64,000 nucleotides of DNA, from contig JACROE010000002.1 in NCBI GenBank assembly GCA_016214565.1, positions 600,007 to 664,006 of the forward strand, given 5' to 3'. Under the pieces are notes generated by a model, which did no database searches, had not been told where the DNA came from, and saw only the letters and a program-made list of their open reading frames with translations. The DNA is from Candidatus Kerfeldbacteria bacterium. Lineage in GTDB: Bacteria > Patescibacteriota > Patescibacteriia > UBA10025 > JAHIVO01. A program made the position numbers and the translations under genes. This document shows, piece by piece, positions 31,694 to 40,786 of this stretch (positions are counted from its first letter, which is position 1; every line of letters begins with the position of its first letter).

Positions 31694-33473
31694 CATCGAA
31701 GCAATCAAATCAAAACTGGATGTCGTTGAGGTCCTCAGCGAGTATATTCAGATGAAGCCAGCCGGGAGTAATAATTTCAAAGCGCTGTGTCCCTTTCATG
31801 GGGAGAAGACGCCGTCCTTTATGATTTCCAAAGACAAACAGATCTGGCACTGCTTTGGCTGCGGCGAGGGCGGCGATATCTTCGGCTTCGTCATGCGCAT
31901 GGAAGGCATGGAATTCCCCGAGGCGCTGCGGCACCTGGCGCAGAAAGCGGGCGTGCAGCTGCAATATCAGGATCCGACGATTTCAAATAAGAAAACACTG
32001 TACCACGACATTTGTCGGAATGCCGCAGAATTCTATCACGCTATTCTCGTTGACCATCCCAAAGCGCAATTCGTCCGCGATTACCTCGCCAAGCGCGGGG
32101 TGAGCCAGGAAAGCATTAAGACCTGGCAGCTGGGCTACGCACCTGAGGGTTGGGATACGCTGAACAATTATTTAGTGCAAAAGAAATCATTTAAAGAAGA
32201 GGATATTTTCCAGGCGGGCATGACGGTAAAGAAAGATCGCGGCGCTGGATATAATGATCGCTTCCACAAACGGCTGATGTTTCCCATCTGGGACAACCAT
32301 GGCACGGTGATTGGTTTTGGCGGACGGTGGCTGGGCACCGAGAAAGACATGGCTAAATATGTGAACACCCCCCAGACCCTGATCTACAACAAAAGCCAAG
32401 TGCTCTACGGCATCGATAAAGCAAAAGCGGAAATCAAGAAACAGAAATTTGCTGTGGTCGTCGAGGGGTACATGGATTGCCTCGCTTCACATCAAGCTGG
32501 CGTGACCAACGTGGTGGCTGCTTCGGGCACCGCGCTCACCAGCGAGCAGGTTAAATTATTGAAACGATTTACGACTGAAGTGCGCTTTGCTTTTGACCAG
32601 GATTTAGCGGGTGATACCGCCGCCAAACGCGGCATCACCGTGGCCTGGCAGGAGGACATGGCCACCAAGATTATTACGGTTCCCGAGGGCAAGGATCCCG
32701 ATGAATTGATCCAGAAAGACCCCGCACTCTGGAACCAGGCGATTGCTGATGCACAGTCCATCATGGAGTACTATATGACGTCCACGGTGAAGCAGTATGA
32801 CGCCTCAACGGTTGAGGGAAAGAAAAAAATAGCCAAAGTCGTACTACCGATTATCGCCATGTTGGCCGACACCATTGAACAGACGCATTACCTTCAGAAA
32901 TTGGCAGGCATCCTCCAGGTGGAGGAGCAGACTCTGCGAGATAAGGTACGGCAGATCGAGGCAGGCGATACCAATCCGAAGCGCGCCGCCGGTCCGGTGG
33001 CAACGGCGCCCGTGCTGGATCGCAGTGTCCGGATCGCCGAGCGGTTGGTCGGCATCGGTCTGGAACGGCCGGAATTGTTGCCCACATTATTTGAACACTT
33101 GTTGTCTGCCTACATTTCGCATGAAAAGCTCCACCAGCTTTACAAATTATTGAATGTTCAGTATACTAAAAATCAAAATTTCACTTATCAAGGCTTTATC
33201 CAGTTGCTCCGCCAGGAGGACTCCTCCCTCGCGACGTATGCCGATCTTTTGACGATGCAGGCTGTCGCAGCACTCGAGGACCTCAATGAAACCGAAGTGG
33301 AGCACGAAGTCACGAATGGGGCCCAGTCGCTGAAGCGACACTATATTCAGCAACAGCTCAAATCGCTGGAACAGCAGATGCGAGCCGCTGAATCCCGCAA
33401 CGATCGAGAATCACTCGAACGGTTGAGTCTCCAATTTGCAGATCTCGCCGCCGAGTTGCACCAGGCCTCTTAA
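31680..33473 (+). CDS. dnaG: DNA primase
   Basis: [19 protein letters not shown] zinc finger, VVEGYMD, GKDPDE TOPRIM motifs. Confidence 0.97.
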   Translation: MPQDNIEAIKSKLDVVEVLSEYIQMKPAGSNNFKALCPFHGEKTPSFMISKDKQIWHCFGCGEGGDIFGFVMRMEGMEFPEALRHLAQKAGVQLQYQDPTISNKKTLYHDICRNAAEFYHAILVDHPKAQFVRDYLAKRGVSQESIKTWQLGYAPEGWDTLNNYLVQKKSFKEEDIFQAGMTVKKDRGAGYNDRFHKRLMFPIWDNHGTVIGFGGRWLGTEKDMAKYVNTPQTLIYNKSQVLYGIDKAKAEIKKQKFAVVVEGYMDCLASHQAGVTNVVAASGTALTSEQVKLLKRFTTEVRFAFDQDLAGDTAAKRGITVAWQEDMATKIITVPEGKDPDELIQKDPALWNQAIADAQSIMEYYMTSTVKQYDASTVEGKKKIAKVVLPIIAMLADTIEQTHYLQKLAGILQVEEQTLRDKVRQIEAGDTNPKRAAGPVATAPVLDRSVRIAERLVGIGLERPELLPTLFEHLLSAYISHEKLHQLYKLLNVQYTKNQNFTYQGFIQLLRQEDSSLATYADLLTMQAVAALEDLNETEVEHEVTNGAQSLKRHYIQQQLKSLEQQMRAAESRNDRESLERLSLQFADLAAELHQAS

Positions 33474-33490
33474 TTTTTTTTATCGGATAC

Positions 33491-34738
33491 ATGTCCAGCA
33501 AAACGAAGACGAAGAAGGTTTCACCTGCCAAGAAAAAAACAGCTAAGACCGGTCATCCGCGCAAAAAACAATCCGTCCGCAAAACCACCGCCAAGAAAAC
33601 CGCCACTCGTCCGGCGCAGAAGGTAAAGGCGACCCTGGAGGAGTCGGTTTTGAATCGTTTGTTTGATAAAGCGCATGCTCGCGGTTTCGTGACTGAAACC
33701 GAGCTTTTGTATACCTTCAAAGAATTAGAGGACTATTTGCCGGTTTACGAATTATTCCTGGAACGTTTGGAGGATTCGGGCATACAGGTCGTTGAGGACA
33801 CCGGCAGTATTCTCGGCACGGCTGGCAATGAAGCTGGTGATGATAGTGATGACGATGATGATGAAGAGGAGGGTAGCAAAGTTGACGCGCGACGATTAGA
33901 TTTGTCAGATATTTCCAATGACTCGATACAGATGTACCTCCGGGAAATCGGTAAAGTACCGCTTTTGTCTGGACCAGAAGAAATGGAACTGGCTAAGCGC
34001 AAAGAAAAAGGCGAAGTGGAAGCGCAGCGCCGATTGGTCGAAGCGAACCTCCGCTTGGTCGTTTCGATTGCCAAGAAATTTACCGGCCGCTCATTATCAT
34101 TACTCGACCTTATTCAGGAGGGCAACATTGGCCTGTTCCGCGCCGTGGAAAAATTTGATTACCGCAAAGGCTACAAGTTTTCAACCTATGCCACTTGGTG
34201 GATTCGTCAGGCGATTACCCGAGCCCTGGCAGACCAGTCCCGCACTATTCGTATTCCGGTGCATATGGTGGAGACCATCAATCGGTTTCAGCAAGTAGAG
34301 CGTCAGTTGATCCAGGATCTCGGCCGTGAGCCGATGCCTGAGGAAATTGCCGCGGAAATGGGCGAGGAAGTTGACAAGATACACCATATTATGAAAATAT
34401 CCCAGGACACGGTTTCACTGGAAACCTCCGTGGGTGATAGTGATGATGAAGATTCGGTATTGGGCGACTTTATCGAAGATGTGAAGACCGTCACGCCTGA
34501 TCGGGTGGCCGCCATGCAGCTCCTCAAGGATCATGTGAACGACATCATCCGTGAGCTCTCGCCGCGCGAACAGAAGATACTCGAAATGCGGTTTGGCTTG
34601 TCGGATGGCGTGTCGCATACTCTAGAAGAAGTTGGTCAGGAATTCGGTGTCACGCGTGAACGTATTCGACAGATTGAAGCAAAAGCCCTTGAAAAGATTG
34701 AAGAGCATGGGGGCATGAAAAAATTGCGCGATTACTAA
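33491..34738 (+). CDS. rpoD: Primary RNA polymerase sigma factor
   Basis: [54 protein letters not shown]; downstream of dnaG. Confidence 0.96.
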   Translation: MSSKTKTKKVSPAKKKTAKTGHPRKKQSVRKTTAKKTATRPAQKVKATLEESVLNRLFDKAHARGFVTETELLYTFKELEDYLPVYELFLERLEDSGIQVVEDTGSILGTAGNEAGDDSDDDDDEEEGSKVDARRLDLSDISNDSIQMYLREIGKVPLLSGPEEMELAKRKEKGEVEAQRRLVEANLRLVVSIAKKFTGRSLSLLDLIQEGNIGLFRAVEKFDYRKGYKFSTYATWWIRQAITRALADQSRTIRIPVHMVETINRFQQVERQLIQDLGREPMPEEIAAEMGEEVDKIHHIMKISQDTVSLETSVGDSDDEDSVLGDFIEDVKTVTPDRVAAMQLLKDHVNDIIRELSPREQKILEMRFGLSDGVSHTLEEVGQEFGVTRERIRQIEAKALEKIEEHGGMKKLRDY

Positions 34739-34758
34739 GACTGCATCGGCTTTCGCGC

Positions 34759-35053
34759 TCCGGGGTAGCTCAGCCCCGACGCTCTGGGTCGGGGTTCCGA
34801 CAGAATCGTCGGAATGGTCCAGGTAATAAAAAATTCTCCGTTCCGGGGTAGCTCAGTGGTAGAGCAGGTGGCTGTTAACCACTTGGTCGCAGGTTCGAAT
34901 CCTGTCCCCGGAGCAGAGAATTTTTTATTATCATAAGGTGACTGCTCGCCTCGCTGCGCTTTGGCGAAGCGGGCCTGCCCCGATGTGAGCGGCTGCGAAC
35001 CATCGGGGTTAACCACTTGGTTGTCCCGACGTACGTCGGGATCCCCGGAGCCA
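34759..35053 (+). other. Hairpin-interrupted outer copy of tRNA-Asn enclosing the intact tRNA-Asn
   Basis: TCCGGGGTAGCTCAG (34759-73) and TGGT upstream; AGGTGACTG, TTAACCACTTGGT and TCCCCGGAGCCA downstream, separated by palindromes. Confidence 0.8.
34842..34913 (+). tRNA. tRNA-Asn(GTT) copy 1, CCA not encoded
   Basis: TCCGGGG/CCCCGGA acceptor, GGTGG-CTGTTAA-CCACT anticodon arm, GTTCGAATC. Confidence 0.95.
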
Positions 35054-35283
35054 GGGAGCTGATCCGCCCAAAACCGGGCGGTTTTTGTCTGTATGCCTAG
35101 AAATAAAAAAACCCCCGGTCTTTCCAAATGAATGGAAGAATCGGGGGATTGTGTGCGCTCTTGCTAAAGAGCAAAGGGAAAGGGTCAAAGAGTAGAACCT
35201 AAGGTGTGTAGAATTAGATCCAAATCAACTTGCGCCGAGACTTTGGCAAGTAGATTTTGTGCAGAGCTGCAAAGGTGTGCGCG

Positions 35284-35904
35284 TTAGGCACTTTCGCCCC
35301 AATCAGAATCGAGGGTGCTCCAATCCCAGGAATCATCTTCTTCCATGTCGAGAGAAAGGTTATAATGCGTGCCTTTTGAATCACACATGATAACATCATC
35401 AAAACTGATGCTGGTTTTTCCGCGTTTCTCATTCATCCAGCGCAGCGTCTTCTGACCCTCTTCCTCATAAAGCATAAGGAAGTCTTTGAAATTCAGACGA
35501 GCTCTAACGGGCTTCTTTCTAAGAAGGGAAAGATATTCCTGCTCATCCATTGGGGGGCCATATTCGTTTTTTTTGCCAAAAAATATTCTAGCACCCGGGG
35601 CTCCTCCGAAACAGTTGTTGATTGGCCGCCCATCAATGGTAACGTCATTGCCAAAGACATCACTTAGATCGAAAACCTCACGCCTAAGATCTGTTGGCAG
35701 GGAAGCGTTCACTTTGATATGTACGTGTGTACTAAAATTATGGACGAACTGCCTGACAAGGTCTCTGCCTTGAGCTTCAATGACCCCTTGTGATTCTACG
35801 CTGGGGAGGCCGCTCTTGCGTAGCTGGGTTATGATGCGCTTAGTTAACTGTAAGATTTGATCATCAGTGATAGTCACTGCAGATGAGGACATGGATTGTG
35901 CCAT
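35284..35904 (-). CDS. Hypothetical protein
   Basis: AAGGAGG SD before MAQSMS; 206 aa; acidic Trp-rich C-terminus. Confidence 0.6.
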   Translation of the reverse strand: MAQSMSSSAVTITDDQILQLTKRIITQLRKSGLPSVESQGVIEAQGRDLVRQFVHNFSTHVHIKVNASLPTDLRREVFDLSDVFGNDVTIDGRPINNCFGGAPGARIFFGKKNEYGPPMDEQEYLSLLRKKPVRARLNFKDFLMLYEEEGQKTLRWMNEKRGKTSISFDDVIMCDSKGTHYNLSLDMEEDDSWDWSTLDSDWGESA

Positions 35905-36215
35905 GGCGACATCCTCCTTACGATTGGCAGGATACTTCAGTACGACCACCGTGAGCCGTACGAGCCCTGTTTAGGTTCATTAGAAACAGATTTCTACAAG
36001 TCTATTATGTTATTTTTCGATAGACATGACAGGAGCCTGTTTCTAATAAAAAGACCCCACAAATTACCCTGTTTAATTAGGATTTGAATGTACAAAATAA
36101 GGGGGAAACTTATCATTATTAATAAATCCTGTCAAGGATGAATGTTTCACTTATTTGGAAAAACATCGCTTCCAAAATAAGCAATTTTGCGTTTTCCATG
36201 CTACAATATTAATCT

Positions 36216-37088
36216 ATGTCACAAAGTCTCGACGCCCAACAATTAATCCAATCCGCCCAGCGGAATGAAATCACTGAACACTTTATTTATCTCCGCTTAG
36301 CGGCAAGTATGCGGGATGCGCATAATCGTCAGGTACTCGAGCGGATCGCTGCTGACGAACTAGCTCATTATAATTTCTGGAAAGAACGCTCGGGTCAGGA
36401 CATTGCCCCGCGACAGATGATGATTCGTTGGTATGTATTTTTGGGGCGTGTTTTTGGCTTGACCTTTGCGGTGAAACTGATGGAACAGGGTGAAGAGAAA
36501 GCTCAGGCACGCTATGCTTCGAGCGCACAATTAACCCAGATTGATGAACAGATCATCCGCGACGAAGAGCGGCATGAAAGAGAATTGATCGGCATGATCG
36601 ATGAAGAGCGGTTGAAGTACGTGGGCTCAATGGTTCTTGGTTTAAATGACGCCCTTGTTGAATTAACTGGTGCGCTGGCTGGATTTACCCTGACGCTGCA
36701 GCGGACGGACATTATTGCGGTGGTCGGATTAATCACCGGCATTGCCGCGTCATTATCCATGGCAGTGTCGGAATATTTGTCCACTAAATCAGAAGGAGAT
36801 GGTCGGCATCCAGTACGCGCCTCATTATATACGGGCGTGGCGTATGTGATGACCGTGGTTGTCCTGATTTTGCCATTCTTTTTCCTCGAGAATCCGTTTG
36901 TGGCACTGGCGATTTCACTAAGCGCGGCGTTACTGATAATTGCCTTGTTTAATTATTATGTGTCAATTGCCCAAGGATATTCATTCCGCAAACGATTTGT
37001 TGAAATGGCGGGCCTCAGTCTGGGAGTTGCAGCGGTTACGTTTTCCATAGGATTTATTGTCAGTAAATTTTTTAATATTGATGTCTAG
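36216..37088 (+). CDS. Rubrerythrin-like plus VIT1/CCC1 iron transporter fusion
   Basis: ExxH diiron motifs (DELAH, DEERH); VLGLNDALVE and SMAVSEYLS. Confidence 0.88.
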   Translation: MSQSLDAQQLIQSAQRNEITEHFIYLRLAASMRDAHNRQVLERIAADELAHYNFWKERSGQDIAPRQMMIRWYVFLGRVFGLTFAVKLMEQGEEKAQARYASSAQLTQIDEQIIRDEERHERELIGMIDEERLKYVGSMVLGLNDALVELTGALAGFTLTLQRTDIIAVVGLITGIAASLSMAVSEYLSTKSEGDGRHPVRASLYTGVAYVMTVVVLILPFFFLENPFVALAISLSAALLIIALFNYYVSIAQGYSFRKRFVEMAGLSLGVAAVTFSIGFIVSKFFNIDV

Positions 37089-37090
37089 CC

Positions 37091-37423
37091 ATGATTTCCT
37101 ACGATGATTTTCAGAAAGTAGACATGCGTGTCGGTCGGATCAGTGCGGTCGAAGAATTCCCTCGGGCGAAAAATCCGTCTTTCCGCGTGCAGGTTGATTT
37201 CGGTACCGAACTCGGCACCAAGTGGTCGAGCGTCCAGGCCAAGCGGGATTATACGCCTGAACAATTGATGGGGAGACTCGTGGTCTGTACAGTTAATTTT
37301 CCACCAAAGAACATTGCAGGCTTTATGTCCGAAGTGCTGGTGATGGGGGTTTCAAACGACGCCGGTGCATTAGTACTGCTCCAGCCGGATCGTGACGCGC
37401 CGTTAGGCAGTCGCGTGTATTAA
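37091..37423 (+). CDS. tRNA-binding OB-fold protein (CsaA/Trbp111-like)
   Basis: DFQKVDMRVGRI, VNFPPKNIAGFMSEVLV. Confidence 0.88.
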   Translation: MISYDDFQKVDMRVGRISAVEEFPRAKNPSFRVQVDFGTELGTKWSSVQAKRDYTPEQLMGRLVVCTVNFPPKNIAGFMSEVLVMGVSNDAGALVLLQPDRDAPLGSRVY

Positions 37424-37453
37424 ATAGAATAAAAAGCAGGGTATAATAGTAAT

Positions 37454-38146
37454 ATGTCTATACGTGGCACAATCCGATGGATTCTCAGGCGTGAAGCCAA
37501 TGATTGGAAAAAGGATTTCTTCATCATTGGGGGAATCATTTTGATTGTGGGCGCATTCATTTGGTGGAGCCCGCCGTTGCCGGATGCGGCGACGATTCAG
37601 GAATGGACTGAACGCTTAGGCGCGTCTGGTCCATTGGCAATGATGATGACCATTGTCGCTGAATCGATCCTAGCTCCGATACCCGGAACCTTTATCTCTA
37701 TTGCCGCTGGCGTGCTCTATGGTGTCTGGCCAGGCGTACTCTATGTTTGGGTGGCCAATGTCATTGGATCATCCCTTACGTTTTTTATTGGAAGGAAACT
37801 GGGCCGACCAGTGGTGGAAAAAATTGTGCGAGGGAAACATATTGATTCCTATGATGCATTTTTTCGGCGTAATCGACTGCTGATCGCATTGGCGTATGTC
37901 ATTCCCATCTTGTTTCCTACGGATATGATTGGGTATGTGGTTGGGCTATCACAAGTATCCTACCGCCGTTTTGCCATTTATATGCCCATAGGATTTGCTA
38001 TTAATCTGACGATACTCACCTCGTTTGGCAATAATTTGGTGGAAGCGTCAAAAGCGACACAAACCTGGTATTTTGCCAGTATGCTTATACTTGTATTTAT
38101 TGCGGTATTGGTTCAGCGGAGCATCAACCGTCGTAGTCCCGTTTGA
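37454..38146 (+). CDS. TVP38/TMEM64 (VTT/DedA) family membrane protein
   Basis: PIPG..IAAGVLYG..G..Y.W....GS...FFIGRKLG; PTDMIGY..GLS. Confidence 0.85.
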   Translation: MSIRGTIRWILRREANDWKKDFFIIGGIILIVGAFIWWSPPLPDAATIQEWTERLGASGPLAMMMTIVAESILAPIPGTFISIAAGVLYGVWPGVLYVWVANVIGSSLTFFIGRKLGRPVVEKIVRGKHIDSYDAFFRRNRLLIALAYVIPILFPTDMIGYVVGLSQVSYRRFAIYMPIGFAINLTILTSFGNNLVEASKATQTWYFASMLILVFIAVLVQRSINRRSPV

Positions 38147-38171
38147 CAACTAACTATACATACGCTACTAT
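38143..38171 (+). promoter_or_regulatory. Sigma70 promoter for the leader-peptide/tRNA-Asn transcript
   Basis: TTGACA-17bp-TACTAT; ATG 9 nt after the -10 box. Confidence 0.75.
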
Positions 38172-38180
38172 CATCCCCGT

Positions 38181-38237
38181 ATGACACACGCACGAAATAA
38201 TAATGCCAATAATTTTTTCCGAAACCCTTCGGCGTAA
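38181..38237 (+). CDS. Asn-rich leader peptide MTHARNNNANNFFRNPSA
   Basis: 6 of 18 codons are Asn (AAT x5 clustered, AAC x1); overlaps attenuator segments 1 and 2. Confidence 0.75.
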   Translation: MTHARNNNANNFFRNPSA

Positions 38238-38288
38238 TTCATCGTGTTTAAATAATAGATGATGTTCCGCCGAAAAGGCGGAATTTTT
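38219..38288 (+). terminator. Attenuator with alternative hairpins and intrinsic terminator
   Basis: 1:2 CCGAA/TTCGG; 2:3 TTCGGCG/CGCCGAA plus TCATC/GATGA; 3:4 TTCCGCC-GAAAA-GGCGGAA-TTTTT. Confidence 0.75.
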
Positions 38289-38317
38289 AATATATATTAA
38301 TTGGTTGCGTTATAAAT

Positions 38318-38391
38318 TCTGGGGTAGTTTAATTTGGTAGAACGCTGCACTGTTAATGCAGATGTTGGAGGTTCGAGTCCTCCCCCCAGAG
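38318..38391 (+). tRNA. tRNA-Asn(GTT) copy 2, divergent from copy 1
   Basis: TCTGGGG/CCCCAGA acceptor, CTGCA-CTGTTAA-TGCAG anticodon arm, GGAGG-TTCGAGT-CCTCC T arm. Confidence 0.92.
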
Positions 38392-38489
38392 CTTGTAACG
38401 GAATAATATTGTTTGTTGATAATGAATCCCAAATTGATTGACATTTTTTTGCTAGGTCTCATACTTATAATAGAAAGGAATACATATAT

Positions 38490-38789
38490 ATGCCAAAAAC
38501 TAAGCTAGGGAAATGGTCCGCGTGGTGCTTGGCCTTTTTTGTTATCTTCTTTGCCATTGCGCAAATAATTGTTGCGTCTGGCCAGGAGGGTGGAGAAACT
38601 TTTTTTGATAACCTCTACATTTCTATTCCCATGACGCTGGTGTGGCTTTCGGGGGTATTCGCTTTTATCTTTGGGAGCATCAGTATTACGAAGAGCAAAG
38701 AACGATCAGTGCTGGTATTTATTGCAACCGGTATTGGTTTTTTGATGTTGGTATTTATCCTTGGGGAAATATTTGGCCCAGACCACTAA
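38490..38789 (+). CDS. Small 3-TM membrane protein
   Basis: AAAGGA SD; MPKTKLGKWS..KERSVLVF. Confidence 0.75.
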   Translation: MPKTKLGKWSAWCLAFFVIFFAIAQIIVASGQEGGETFFDNLYISIPMTLVWLSGVFAFIFGSISITKSKERSVLVFIATGIGFLMLVFILGEIFGPDH

Positions 38790-39034
38790 GTGCTGTACTG
38801 GATATAATACGTTAGTTTTTAGTGTCAGCGGTTGTATCATCTTGTCGGCTCGTTTGTGTCATTAAATGCCAGCTCGAGAATCTACGGGCTGAGCCGTCTT
38901 TTGGCAATTCCGTCCCTTGAGTGTGCGATAGGCATAACCCCGCTGGGCTTGACAAAATGGGCTGTTTCAGCGTATAGTGTACGGCTCATTGACAATTTAG
39001 TACAATGAGAAACGAAGGAGGTTTTATCGTTCAG

Positions 39035-39343
39035 ATGACCAAACAATTCACACGCACGGTCGAGGATTTTACGTGCGAGCATTGCGGCCATGAGGTTAAG
39101 GGGACAGGGTATACCAACCATTGTCCAGCTTGCTTGTGGTCAAAACATGTCGACGTAAATCCGGGCGATCGTCAAGCCGAGTGTCTCGGTATGATGGAGC
39201 CAATCTCGATCGAGCAAAAGCGTGGCGATTTCGTAATCGTCCAGCGTTGTCAATCGTGCGGTCATGTTCGAAAAAACAAGGCTGCACCAGAGGACGACAT
39301 GGACGAGATCATACGTATCTCGTCGCACGGCATCCAGGGGTAG
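39035..39343 (+). CDS. RNHCP-domain protein
   Basis: FTCEHCG..YTNHCPACLWSKHVD..PGDR..C.G.MEP..C..CG. Confidence 0.88.
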   Translation: MTKQFTRTVEDFTCEHCGHEVKGTGYTNHCPACLWSKHVDVNPGDRQAECLGMMEPISIEQKRGDFVIVQRCQSCGHVRKNKAAPEDDMDEIIRISSHGIQG

Positions 39344-39424
39344 TAATGTTGCTTATACAGTACTGCCCCTTCGCCTTTTTCTGAAAAGTGATGTTTTTGT
39401 TGATATATCAGAAAGGAGTCCGTC

Positions 39425-40786
39425 GTGGATAAGCAGAAATGTGCTGGATGTGCCGTTGGGTGCGTGCCGTTTGATTCGGTGCCGCATCTGTGTCACATCG
39501 AGACGACTTATCAATGCAATTCGGATTGTATCTTTTGTTACAATCCGGAGCGCGAAAAACCGATCAATACTTCATTGATCGATCGGGTCGTACGATCCGT
39601 GGCTGCCAGTCAGATACCGCATGTGTATCTGATTGGGGGTGAACCGAGTATGCTCGGCGTCGAAAAGCTCAATGAGTACATTGAGCTCCTCAGTGATCAT
39701 TCGTCAGTAACGATCGTTACCAACGGGCGAATCACTCTGCGCGGCATTTCGCCGCGTTTGGCCTGCTTCGGCGTACCGCTCCACGGAGCCACAGCCGAAG
39801 CGCATGATTTCATCACGCGACGACCTCATAGTTTCGATCAAGCGCTTCGCTCGATTGATTACTATGTGGGCCAGGGACATGATGTACGTTGTATTCCGGT
39901 TTTGACGGGGTATAACGCGCATGAGATCTACGATATCATTCGTATTGCCGTGGAACATGGCATGGAATCGATTTTCGTGGATCGGTATGAAGATGGCGGC
40001 ATCGGCGCGCAGCATTCGGTCAATGACCCGCGGTTGAAGCCAACCATGGATCAGTTCCGGGATGCGGTAACGCAGATGTTGCGAGCGCGGGAAGATTTTC
40101 CTCAGCTTGGTGGTCGGGTCGGATTTGGCACGGCCATCCCGTACTGCATTGATGAACGGCTGATTCGGGAAGGCATGACTGCCAATTGTGGCGTGGGGTC
40201 TACATTCTGCGCCATCAACCCATCGGGTGACGTCCGGCTCTGCAACCAATCACAACTGGTGTTTGGTAATGTGTTGCTGGAATCGCTTGAGGCGATTTGG
40301 CAGCAGCGCTCACTCGATACGTTCCGCGATTTGTCGTGGGTCGAGGAGCCGTGCCGCTCGTGTCCGTTGCTGGACGAATGCGTCTGTGGCTGCAAGGTCG
40401 ACGCAAACTGTTCGGATCGATTCTGTATCGATTACGCAGTACGTGGGTTGATCAAGCCGCCCATCGATGTCAGCGTGATACAGCCGACTGCTACCACGGA
40501 GGTTTCGTTTCCTGAAGCCTATCGTCAGTTTTTCGTCAATCGCTACACGAAGATACTCGATCGCCATCCGGAACGATTCTTGGTGACGCGGTATCAGACG
40601 GTGACATTGAATGACGGCGCACTCGAAGTGCTTCGAGCTATCATTGACAAGAGGTTATTGACTGAACAATCGGTCATTACCTATTTTGCCGATGAGATCC
40701 CCGAGCCGGAATTGCGGCGGGCTATCTCGCTGTTTATCCGGGCTGGCGCACTTGATGAAACGGAGGTGACTCATGCCGGTACATGA
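39425..40786 (+). CDS. Radical SAM/SPASM enzyme with putative C-terminal RRE (PqqD-like) domain
   Basis: CNSDCIFC, GGEP, SPASM CGVG..INPSGDVRLC..CRSC....CVCGC; C-terminal VTLNDGALEVLRAI winged-helix-like segment; AAGGAG SD. Confidence 0.88.
   Translation: MDKQKCAGCAVGCVPFDSVPHLCHIETTYQCNSDCIFCYNPEREKPINTSLIDRVVRSVAASQIPHVYLIGGEPSMLGVEKLNEYIELLSDHSSVTIVTNGRITLRGISPRLACFGVPLHGATAEAHDFITRRPHSFDQALRSIDYYVGQGHDVRCIPVLTGYNAHEIYDIIRIAVEHGMESIFVDRYEDGGIGAQHSVNDPRLKPTMDQFRDAVTQMLRAREDFPQLGGRVGFGTAIPYCIDERLIREGMTANCGVGSTFCAINPSGDVRLCNQSQLVFGNVLLESLEAIWQQRSLDTFRDLSWVEEPCRSCPLLDECVCGCKVDANCSDRFCIDYAVRGLIKPPIDVSVIQPTATTEVSFPEAYRQFFVNRYTKILDRHPERFLVTRYQTVTLNDGALEVLRAIIDKRLLTEQSVITYFADEIPEPELRRAISLFIRAGALDETEVTHAGT

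Noticed and set aside
34945-35008. Insertion in the outer tRNA-Asn anticodon as a group I intron
   Set aside because: Only about 64 nt of two simple hairpins; no room for a group I catalytic core.
38181-38288. T-box riboswitch as the tRNA-Asn regulator
   Set aside because: No T-box UGGN antiterminator consensus or stem I; the leader is too short, and a translated Asn-rich ORF fits better.
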